Shown piece by piece: positions 25,297 through 36,085 of a DNA stretch of 64,000 bases. Position numbers and translations under genes: made by a program. The number at the start of each line of letters is the position of its first letter. Positions within the stretch are counted from its first letter, which is position 1. The DNA lies in contig OZ320316.1 of assembly GCA_976226885.1 (NCBI GenBank), forward strand, positions 117,304,001-117,368,000. The letters are read 5' to 3'. This DNA is from Iphione sp. A-MEVVRFRX5. Taxonomy: Eukaryota. Under the pieces are notes generated by a model that was not told where the DNA came from, searched no databases, and saw only the letters and a program-made list of their open reading frames with translations.

Positions 25297-25371
25297 GTCT
25301 GCGGCCGGTTTCGAACCCGGGTCCGTCGTGTCCGTAGAGGTTGGCGCTCTTACCGACTGCGCCACGAAGTC
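25297..25371 (-). ncRNA. tRNA-derived Pol III promoter cassette (degenerate cloverleaf) at the Crypton 3' end
   Basis: A-box TGGCGCAGTCGG, GCGC/GCGC D-stem, B-box GGTTCGAAACC; no pairing anticodon stem, so not a functional tRNA. Confidence 0.65.
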
Positions 25372-25467
25372 TAGTCAATGAACTGGCCAATTGTACTGAT
25401 CTTATGTAGTTGTTTTTTGATTATATATGTAAAGAATAAGACTTCTTCAACTGTCACTGTTTATTTC

Positions 25468-26720
25468 TCAAGGAAATTGCATTGCATATTTGACTTTGTT
25501 TTTTTTTATGATGACAAGTTTAACCTCCTCTGGTATAGAAATGGTTATAGTAGCTTTTTCACGTCGAGGTCTTGTTTCTTGTTGTAGAACCCTGTCTGCA
25601 GCTCGGATTTCTTCCTCATCTGAGAGATCGAGGCCAAGATCTAATGTTGGTTGTTCCACTGGTATGCTGATTGGTGGTCGTGGTGGTCTTGGTTGCGGCT
25701 CTCTAGGAGTTGAAGCCATTTGTGGTGTGGAGACAATATTGGTTGATGATGGTGGCCCTTGTGGAACCTCTTGAACTACCCTGGAGACCTTTGGTGGGCG
25801 AATTTCCTCTGCTGTGGGAGGTGGGCGAATTTCCTCTGCTGTGGGAGGTGGCTCGGTGACAGTGGTTGCAGGTGTATCCGAGACAGTGCTAGGCAATGGT
25901 GGTTGTAGAGCATCAGAAATTTGATGTTGGAGGGATTCATTTACTCTCTTGTATGCCCTGATAGCAGAAGATTTATGACCACTGCGAGTGGCAATTGCTT
26001 GGTCATCTAAATTGGCTTCATAGAGGCGGGTACATAAGGTAGCTTTACCGCTATGCCCTGTAATATTACGACCCTCCATATTGATACCCGCCTCTATGCA
26101 CATCCTAGGCAAATACTTCTCTAGTGTATGTTGCCCTATCGGCTGCATACTGAAAGATATTTTTCCCAATAAGTTTGGCATGGGGCGCCTATAAAATCGT
26201 CCCAATTCTGGAATGTGATTGAGATATTTCTTAAAAAATGCTACAAGACATCGTGGGTGTCCAGGCTTGCTGAAATGGCGTACAAAACGAGGCTTCGATG
26301 TACAGTCTAGGGCGCCTGTTATTGTTTTTGCTAGTCGTCCGTGATATGTAATAAATTCACGGTTGTCATCCCCAACCCCTAGAGTGAATTGATTAGCCTC
26401 TAGATGCAAATGCTCATCTTTCGCCCGAAAACCAAAGAGCTTGCAGTTATAGAAATACACTCCATAACTAAGCCCTTTAGCTGTCTGATCATTAATCACC
26501 CCCGAATCCCACAATCTTTGTTCATCTGATGGAGTAATTATATCAGCTCTTCTCGTGTGTACCCCTAAACCCTCTGCTATCAATTCTTTTCGACGAGCGT
26601 CAAGGGCATCACGAAAGGTTTTGAAAAATGGATCTTGTTTTTTAAGTAACCACACATCCCGTTTGCCTAGCACGTCTCTGATATAGCGCTGGAGACCAGC
26701 AGCTATGTTGGTGAGAGAAC
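25468..26720 (-). CDS. Crypton YR exon 3, catalytic domain (GSLTNIAAGLQRY...FGFR...FYRRP...GHSGKAT...SGHKSSAIRAYKR...)
   Basis: TATTTTGCAG acceptor, phase 1; total CDS 1779 nt = 592 aa with no internal stop; R...HxxK...H...Y recombinase-type residues. Confidence 0.9.
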
Positions 26721-26908
26721 CTGCAAAATACAAAGAATTCACTCTGGTATAGCAATTGGAACAAAAATATTATAATACAATTGATTAGCAATTGGAACAA
26801 TAATATTATAATACAATTGATTTTGTAAAATGTTTTTTTTGGTTGGACATAATACTATTGTTCAGGTTTAAGGCATATTGCATATTTTTACAGACGCCAA
26901 ATGTTTAC

Positions 26909-27262
26909 CAGGAGGATACGGAGTGCCATCTTTCTTGGATATTTCAGTTATGAAATGCGCCAACCAATAGTCCAGAAGATATAAATCGCTATGATCTAAG
27001 AAGGGCGCCGGCCAGTTCACATCCTCTTGACTATCTTGATGCCAATTTCTCCATTTGCGCCATTCTCTGTATATGTCGACTGCCCACTGGCTAGCATGTT
27101 TTGTATTTTTTGGAATTCGCTTCTGGATTCTAGCCTTCAGCTCATCCTCTGTATGCACAGTCTTGAATCGCCCTGGATTTGTAGGAGGCTCGATGGTTTG
27201 TGGCTCGATGGTTTGTGGCGGACAAGCTGGTAGAGACGGTGGTTGCACTCTGGCTTGGTTTT
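26909..27262 (-). CDS. Crypton YR exon 2 (ENQARVQ...RIPKNTKHASQWAVDIYREWRKWRN...LDYWLAHFITEISKKDGTPYPP)
   Basis: GTTCTCCAG acceptor, G|GTAAAC donor, 354 nt phase 1-1; IP.NT...WA...W and F..E..K.DG.PYPP typical of Crypton/ZMYM-type YR N-domain. Confidence 0.85.
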
Positions 27263-27398
27263 CTGGAGAACACAAAGTGAAATGATATAACATAAGAAAT
27301 ATTATTTTCTAAATTTTTGACCATGTTACCAACTGAACCAAATTTCCCTATACCAATACATAATGTTACTATTTTTTATATTATTAAGCAATACCTAC

Positions 27399-27570
27399 CC
27401 TGAGTTTCGGTTTGAAGCGCTGATCGGAGAAGAGCATTGTCACTGTCTTCTATCGGAAAATCGTCACCAGCACCTTCTGCTGACGGATAATTTGATATAA
27501 TTTCTGTTTGGGATAAAGTGCTTTCATCCAAACGAGAAGATTCAGCCTGCGAAGTATACTGTTCAGACAT
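27399..27570 (-). CDS. Crypton YR exon 1 (MSEQYTSQAESS...LQTETQ)
   Basis: ATG at 27570, CAGG|GTAGGT donor, 172 nt phase 1; acidic low-complexity N-terminus. Confidence 0.7.
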
Positions 27571-28105
27571 GATGCTTCAATGGAGTTGTGTCTTCTGCAG
27601 AGGTCGTATCGAAATACAAAGTAATCGTTATAGATTTGTGCTTTTTATACAAACCTGGCGGACTTCAATGGAACCTCTTCTGCCAAAATTACAAATTGGT
27701 AGTTTCTATAATCACCCCAATGTATCTTGATCGATTTTCACCAGTACACCTGAGTGATTTTACAATTGAATTCTTACATAACAATTCGCTCGGCCGCAGT
27801 AGAATTATGGTGCCCAATTGTCTAGGGGCCCTTGCCAAATTACTTCCAACACCCAAAAACCTTCTAGACTTTTACTTCAAACGTACCAAAACCTTGTAGA
27901 CTTTTACTTAAAACGTACAAAAACCTTCTAGACTTCATCTCCCAACATACAAAAACCTTGTAGACTTTTACTTCAAACGTACAAAAACCTTCTAGACTTC
28001 AACTCCCAATTTACTTTAAAAGCCACCTCGTCTATCGACTCGGTGGACCAATGCTTCTTGACTGGGTCGGCACATCGTACAGTTGTAGGGGGGGGTAGTT
28101 TAAAT

Positions 28106-28211
28106 TAGATAAGGTACCTCGTCCTCATCGTTACGGGCATAATAATACACTCGTCGCTCCGCGAAGCTCGTGTATTATAGCCCGTAACGATTCGGACTCG
28201 TACCTTATCTA
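28106..28211. repeat. Terminal hairpin of the Crypton element
   Basis: Nested arms TAGATAAGGTAC/GTACCTTATCTA, ATCGTTACGGGC/GCCCGTAACGAT, TAATACAC/GTGTATTA around the centre ACTCGTCGCTCCGCGAAGCTCGTG. Confidence 0.9.
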
Positions 28212-28559
28212 CTACATATTTAGGTGTTTGATATGTATTACTTGTTCGCTTTTTTTGTCAACACAATATTATTGCTACTGACTTTTTAGGTAATGTGAAA
28301 TTATCACCTTCTGCTTAGCATTTAATGAAACGATTTGTAACGGTTTAATTAAGACTTGCTTACATTGTTCTAATGTTCTCACTTTATCAGCTTCTACTGT
28401 GTCGTCCCAGCCCTTAGTGGAGTGAGTGCCTCCTAATCTTTAACTGCAAGATAATATGGAGGCTTATCTGGCTGTTCATGCTGTGAAGATACGGTATGGT
28501 ATTCCAGATGATGACAATATGTTAATGTAACTGTAGAGATTCCAAGATGGTGATAGTAT

Positions 28560-28920
28560 ACTGGCAAAACTGGATGGTGTCCTGGATAGTGACAGCATAG
28601 GGATGTAACTGGATGGTGTCCTGGATAGTGCCGGCATAGGGATGTAACTGGATGGTGTCCTGGATAGTGCCAGCATAGGGATGTAACTGGATGGTGTCCT
28701 GGATAGTGCCAGCATAGGGATGTAACTGGATGGTGTCCTGGATAGTGCCAGCATAGGGATGTAACTGGATGGTGTTCTGGATAGTGCCGGCATAGGGATG
28801 TAACTGGATGGTGTCCTGGATAGTGCCAGCATAGGGATGTAACTGGATGGTGTCCTGGATAGTGACAGCATAGGGATGTAACTGGATAGTGTCCTGGATA
28901 GTGACAACATAGAGACATAA
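28560..28920. repeat. 39-bp minisatellite
   Basis: Unit GTAACTGGATGGTGTCCTGGATAGTGCCAGCATAGGGAT. Confidence 0.96.
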
Positions 28921-30799
28921 CTGGCTGACACGACATACAGAAAACTGAACTTACCAGTGGTCTGGTAGTGCATCAACAGAGTTTCAATGACAACTCTTGC
29001 TTGTGTTTTGTCTGTCCAACTCAATCCTGTGCTTTATCATTGATGACTTGTGTTAATGTGTGCAAAACTCCTGGTGTCCTTGGCTGCCTGTAGGGAGGAG
29101 GATTCGTATGTGCCTCTGTGGGAGTCGGTTTCAGCATAGTGAAATGTGTTTGAATCCGTTTATGTAGTCCCATTTGTTAATAAAACATGCACCCCAATCA
29201 TCCCTAAGATTTGACCTTAGGCTGTGTTCAACTATATCTGGATTTTTCTGTTTCATGTCCAGAGCCAGATGCAGAGATTTTCCGAGCCTATACTAATCCA
29301 TTGTTGGTGTTTCCATGTCCGCATGCAGGTGCAGAGTTTTATTCATCCCACATGGAAACAATCCAGACCCCGACGCAGATTCCCATAGAAGGCACTGGTT
29401 AAGAGACATCTGCATACCATACGGTGGCAATTAAAATCACAAAACAGCAGGAGGTACCTCTGCGTCCGCACATGGGTGCGGATTTTTTGTCCGTTTAAAT
29501 GTGAACAGTGCCTTACCCCCACGGCAAGTACCGGGTACACAAGGATAGTGGTTGACATTGCCCACCTCGACCACACACATTCCTTATAGGTCACCAGTCA
29601 ATCTCTTCTGGCCCAGTCTCCACCACAGCACGCTAGATAATAGATGGAGACCACCCTTCCACTAATATACTAGCATTACCCACGGGTGTCCCTCCTCCCC
29701 TCCTTCAGTCTCAGGGCTGTAGCAAGTGACCTATGGTCATCAGATGCCTGCTCTAGGTCGAGGTCATACCGGCTGACATTTGGCATTTATTAAGGAAATC
29801 CTCCGAGCCTCGAGGGATGAGCTAACAATATCAAGGTCTTCACAGCATACCTGTCACCTGCCAATGCTGGGGACTCCAGCAACACCCTGCTGTCACAAGT
29901 AGGCTGTGACTACTGTCAGAGCAAATCACCATAAGTGGCTCTTCCGGCATCAGTATCTGTCACGGCAAACCGGGTCTAGTGGCTGTCATTTCAGTACACG
30001 TACTACGGTCTTTAGTTTCTGTCAATTCTGGTAAAACCAACGCTCACATGAACCTCCACTTCGCTGTACTTATTAATGCCAGTGGTCTCTGTCCCTGCCA
30101 TTCCTGCGCTGGTTCTCTGTTGTGAGAGCTGTCACTGCCTGCTGTCACTGCCTGCTGTCACCGCCTGCTGTCAGTGCTAACCAGGGTGACACTACTAAGG
30201 GCATTTCTAGCTTAATTTATTGACGAAATACTGGAGGCTGGAAATACCACTACACTCAGAAACTCCCGAAAGTGTTGTTTAAATCAATCCTGAGATGTGT
30301 AAGTCGTGTCACGGGGGCAGCGCAACGCCCTCTCCTGGCTCAAATGCAGGTCACGTGTATTGCTTTATGTCCCACGTGACCACGGCTCTAAGTCAGAAAG
30401 GAAAACCGCTTCCTTTCATCTATCGAGTTTCCGGAAATCGTAGGGAGAGAAGAGTAGGAAATATGCTGAATTTGCTAAAAATGGTTCCTATGGCAACCAG
30501 ATTCGTATTTAAAGACATGGCCTCTCCCTAATTAATCCTTACACTTTAGTCTTATACATCAGCAGACGCTCGGACAGAAAATGGCTAGTCCCGACTGGCG
30601 TGGATTCTAATACTGAACACTATCCTTCTATGTGTCCGGCTTGTTCCAGGCATGAGCCGTATTCCTCTTCTGCCATTCTGATGTGTTAACTGTGCATCTC
30701 CCGCATCCATGTATTCTATCTCTATCTGAATTCCTCTCCTGGACCGCTGTCCCCTTGCACTCCTTGTCCCCATCCCTTACCCCTCATAACAATCACACC

Positions 30800-31795
30800 T
30801 AACCTCTTGACATCTCACCAGTCACTATGTGGGAGCAGCGAAGAATCCCCTTTACCTCTCCTTGACCACTCAGTCCCCTTTCAGCCCTTTCTCTCATCCC
30901 TTACTCTCCATTACAACCACCTACACCCGACTACTGTCCCACCAGTCACTATGTGGGATCAGCGAAGTATCCCCTATACCCCTCTTAGACCACTCTGTCT
31001 CCTTTTATCCCTATCTCTCATCCCTTACTCTCCATGACAACCACCCACCCTCAGCTACTGTCCCACTAGTCACTATGTAGGATCAGCGAAGTATCCCCTA
31101 TACCTCCCCTAGACAACTCTATCCCATTTCACCCTTTTCTCTCATCCCTTACTCTCTATGACAACCACCTACCCCAGCTACCATTCCACCAGTCTCTATG
31201 TGGGGTCAGCCAAGGATAGCTTTTACCTCTCCTAGACCACTCCGTCCCCTTTCACACCTATCTCTCATCCCTTAGTCTCCATGAGAACCACCTAGCCCCA
31301 GCTACTGCCCCACCAGTCTCTATGTGGGATCAGCCAAGGATCCCCTATACCTCCCCTAGACCACTCCGTCCCCTTTCACCCCTTTCTTTCATCCCTTAGT
31401 CTCCATGACAACCACCTACCCCAAGCTACTGTCCCACCAGTCTCTATGTAGGATCAGTGAAGTATCCCCTATACCCCTCTTCGACCACTCCATCCCCTGT
31501 CATCCCTATCTTTCATCCCTTACTCTCCATGACAACCACCTACCCCCAACTACTGTCGGACTAGTCAGTATTTGGGATTAGCCAAGGATCCCCTTTACCT
31601 CTCCTAGACCACCCTGCCCCTGTTCACCCCTTTCTCTCATCCCTTTGTCTCCATGACAACCACCTACCCCCAGCTGCTGACCCACTAGTCACTATGTGGG
31701 ATCAGCGAAGGATCCCCTTTACCTCTCCTAGACCACCCTGTCCCCGTTCACCCCATTCTCTCATCCCTAACTCTCCATGACAACCACCCACCCCT
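30800..31795. repeat. About 124-bp tandem repeat, about 8 copies
   Basis: GACAACCACC recurs at 31036, 31160, 31407, 31531, 31655, 31779. Confidence 0.93.
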
Positions 31796-33859
31796 GACGT
31801 AGTAGCATCCTGAAGGATTCCCCCTCTGACCGTTGGATCACGGCTTGCCTAGACGCTAGACTCTTACATTATGCATGGTCAGGGCCTGCCCACCTGTCAC
31901 GTGGGGCCCGGGCTGTTTTTCCTGTGGATCCCGCTGGTGGGGAATATAGCGATATTTCACTTGTCTCTCTCCTGCTCGACTGAGTGATGGAGAATGCCGT
32001 GTATTGGTTCCCCTTCAAACCACTAATATGTTTCTCTGTCCCTTCTCCTGTCGCTCTGTGAGTCTCCACCCATCTGCCCCCTTACGTGCATTGGTCGTGT
32101 GACCTTTGGGTCTGTCTCTTGTCATGTAAAAACATGATCACTGCACATTGCCACATTTCTGGACATTATCCAGTCAAATTCACGGGATTTAGCACTTTTT
32201 ACACCGTCTAACATATGTTCATTCACATTCTTTTAGTTAAAATCACACTCACACACTGCTATCCGTTGTTATGCGGCGCATACAAACGCAAGGCCAGTGG
32301 GCTCCTGTATGCGTGGGTGTGCAGGAGAATTCCGACCAATACACCCGCATGTATACACACATCCCGGCCGATGGGGAACCCGGCCTACTGGAGGCGCCCT
32401 TTAGAGGCCTGGTGGTGTCATGGCGGACGAGACCGAGTGGGACGGCCGTAGCCCCGATTTAAAGACCGGTCTATTCGTGTAGGATCATACCGCGCGTAGA
32501 GAACGGTGAGGACGGTGCGGGGGTGAAGTGCAAGCAGTGTCCTAGCTCCATCCTCAGGTACATCTCCGACATTGCAGAGGCATCAACGATTCGAATAATG
32601 CTTACTTCGCTCAAAATATCCAATATGAAGCGCTTTATAAACGAGCTGAAGAAAAAGCCTTCGAAAGCCTCTTACAAACTTAGGTCGTCACTAAAATGTC
32701 GATATCCTATCTGAGGAGTGCATGAACTAAATTCAAATTCGAATTGTAAACCGTTCCTTTTCACCCTCTGCCCTCATATCTTGCCTACCGTCTCTCTGTC
32801 TGTCTGATTTTCTGTCCATTTGTCTGTCTTTCCATCTTTCTGTCTGTCTATCCGTCCATCTGTTTGTCTGTCTGTCTATCTATTTGTATGTCTGTCATTG
32901 TGTGTATATCTATCTGTCCATCCGTCTGCCTGTCTGCTTGTCTGTCTGTGTGTCAGTGAACATTCCCTTACAGGCTCTCTGCTCCTCTTTTACCCGCCGT
33001 CGTCTGTTTGCTACCGTCGCGTGACACACCAGCACTTCCCCCCAGCCCTGCCCCCCTCCCCTTCGAACCCTCCCATATTCCCACCAACCCATACCGACCT
33101 GTCAACTTGCGAGTTGCCCGGAAACGCCATGGGAGCCATTCACTGCACAACTCTCGGCCAAATCTCGCCTGCGCGAGATTCCAATCACACCTATTGGACG
33201 GCTACTTCCGCCTCGCGCGGGTTTCCGCGTTGGGCTCCGATCGTATCGTCCTCACGCGATCGTCGAATGCCAGTGGCCAATCAAAAGTCGCCTTTCCATT
33301 CTGCCCGGAGAACGGCACATGATAATTGACCAACAGTTGGCGCACTTGCTGGTGAGTGCGGAATCAATGGTCGGGACAGAGAGGGCGGTTAATTGTAGTT
33401 TGCTGGTGATGTCTGTGAGAGCTTCTAGTAACGATAGCTGCCTTCGACCCTGATAGATACGTACCTATTCCTCCCTTCTACAAATGAATGACATTCGCTG
33501 GTCTGTTTCACCGGGAACCGACCAAAGAATAAGAAACCACTGAAGTCGACAGGCTGTTGGTCAAATATCTAAGCGAGAAGAGGGGCGCGCCTATACGCTC
33601 TCCTCTAACCACCTTAGAACCGTCGCTCAGGGTCGGCCCCAGTTACCCCGGCGAAAACACTCCTCTACAACGTTCCTCTTTTTCCAATCACGTGACTATC
33701 AGGACGTGCATGTGGTTTCCTATGAGGGTACCCAGCAGTAACTGCGGTAACCTCTTCAGCCAATCACATTGCTTGGCGGTGTTGTGTGTGAGACTGACTT
33801 TTCGACGGCTGGTCTGATAGAACAATTACTGATGGCGATTGAATTGATTTGAACCCAGA

Positions 33860-35075
33860 CAAGTTTGGGTATAGATACACAGATATACAGACACAGACAG
33901 ACTGGGATATAGATACACAGACACACACAGAGACAAGCTGGGATAAAGATACACAGATATACAGACACAGACAGACTGGGATATAGATACACAGACACAC
34001 ACAGACAAGCTGGGGTATGGATACACAGATACAGACAAGCTGGGATATAAATACACTGACACAAACACAGACTTACTGGGATATACAGTACACTCCCTGC
34101 CTGCGGACACATCTCGAAAGCGGACACGTCTCCAATGCCAACGATTTGACGCAGAACGAAATGATTTCCTAGTGTTTCCTATTATAAGCTCACATCTCTA
34201 ATGCGGATGGCAAAATTTAGAAAACGCCCCCCTATGGACACCTCCCAGACCCCTCTCAGAAGTCATTTTCAAAGGTTGTTGTGCGAATTTGGGGCCTCTC
34301 AGCCCCCCTGACACCCTCAAAGAGTAGGATTTTACACCTCTGTATATGTTTTCGCGCGAATTTGGGACTGCAGGGAAGCCTCAGAAGTCATTTTCTAAGG
34401 TTGTTGTGCAAATTTGGGGCCTCTCAGCCCCCCTGACACCCTCAAAGAGTAGGACTTTACACCTCTGTATATGTTTTTGAGCGAATTTGGGACTGCAGGG
34501 AGGCCTCAGAAGCCATTTTCAAAGGTTGTTGTGCGATCTCCAATGCGGACGCGTCTCAAATGCGGACGGTTTGGATCAGAACAGTGGGTGTCCGGAATGG
34601 AGAGAGTGTACTGTAGATACACAGACACACACACAGAGACAAGGTAGGATAAAGATACACAGACACACAGACACAGAAAAGCTGGGCTATGGATACACAG
34701 GTACAGACAAGCTGGGATATAGATACACAGACACATAGAGAAAGAAAAGCTGGGATACTGATACATTGATACACAAGTGCAGACACGCTGGGATATGGAT
34801 ACACAGACACACACAGCCAAGCTGGGGTATGGATACACAGACACAGACAAGCTGGGATAAAGATACACAGACACAGACACAGAAAGCTGGGCTTTGGATA
34901 CACAGCTATAGACAAGCTGGGATATAAATAAACTGACACAAACACAGACAGGCTGGGATATAGACACACAGAGACAAGCTGGGGTATAGATACACAGACA
35001 CAAAGACACAGAAAAGCTGGGGTATTGATACACTGACACACACAGACAAGCTGGGGTATGGATACACAGACACTC
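33860..35075. repeat. GATACACAG/CAAGCTGGGATA satellite interrupted by a MITE
   Basis: Same satellite on both sides of 34086-34613. Confidence 0.9.
34086..34613. mobile_element. Tc1/pogo-type MITE, TA target duplication
   Basis: TA|CAGTACACTC...CGGACAC and GTGTCCGG...GAGTGTACTG|TA; internal CGGAC repeats and a 120-bp duplication. Confidence 0.8.
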
Positions 35076-35774
35076 AAGCAAACATGAGGAAGAAGGAATA
35101 TGACAAAATAGAGAAAGACAAATAGGGACAGAGAAAGAGAGAGAGGGATAGAAGACTAGGGGAACAGCAAAACTTTAAAAAAAATCTATAATCTGTTAGT
35201 AAAAATAGTTCATCCTGTTCCATGACATAGAATCTAGTTGTACGTCACATCAAATCATTTCAGTGAAACCAAGAAAGGCCATTGATTGTATTGTGTAACT
35301 CACGTCGAGAAAGCCTTCGTAGTAATTCACAGTCTTAAAATATTCATGCCGTTTAAGGATGGAGACAATCACTTTGTAAATGTAATGCTTTTCCTGAACA
35401 AACGCTGTGATGACCAGTAAATCCGTGCAGGCAGAATGCAGCCTCGCTACTCTCCAAGCAGAGGCATGGCATGAGGAGGTGTGCTTACCTTCTCACTTCT
35501 CCATCACATCTTCCATTCTGTCTCATGTTTGTATCATTGTTCTTACTTCTCCCGTTCCGCTTCTCACCTCTCCCTTTTCTTTGTGCTATTTTCTCTCTTC
35601 TCCCTCCTCTTCTCACCCTTGAACCTGTTCCCTAACCCCCATTCTCGCTGTTTCCCTGTCTCTCTCGTGTAAGCTCATCCTTCCTCCCTTCTAAAGTGTC
35701 ATCTCCTCCCAGTTCTCTACATCTCATAGCTTCATTTCTTCCCTCTCCTCTGCCTCCTTGTCCCCTTCCTGTAA

Positions 35775-36085
35775 CCCCTTCCTCCACTCTGTGTCATCCC
35801 TTCTATGTCTACTCCTGCCCCCTTCTCGTTCCTCCATTCTGTATCGTCCCTCCTATGTCTACTCCCGCCCCCTTCTCCTCCCTCCACTCTGTGTCGTCCC
35901 TCCTATGTCTACTCCTGCCCCCTTCTCCTTCCTCCATTCTGTATCGTCCCTCCTATGTCTACTCCCGCCCCCTTCTCCTCCCTCCACTCTGTGTCGTCCC
36001 TCCTATGTCTACTCCTGCCCCCTTCTCCTTCCTCCGTTCTGTATCGTCCCTCCTATGTCTACTCCCGCCCCCTTCTCCTCCCTCC
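35775..36085. repeat. 50-bp minisatellite, about 6 copies
   Basis: CTATGTCTACTCC every 50 nt from about 35801 to 36051. Confidence 0.95.

Larger units (their letters stand above)
25145..28213 (-). mobile_element. Crypton-type (DUF3504-like tyrosine recombinase) DNA element, apparently full length
   Basis: 3-exon YR ORF; inverted repeats TTAAACTACCCCTACAAC (25145-25162) and GTTGTAG8TAGTTTAA (28082-28103); terminal hairpin 28106-28211; about 30-bp subterminal repeats 27860-28010; right boundary approximate. Confidence 0.8.

Noticed and set aside
25297-25371. Functional tRNA gene (also 11874-11948)
   Set aside because: Acceptor stem mismatched and no anticodon stem-loop; kept only as tRNA-derived cassettes
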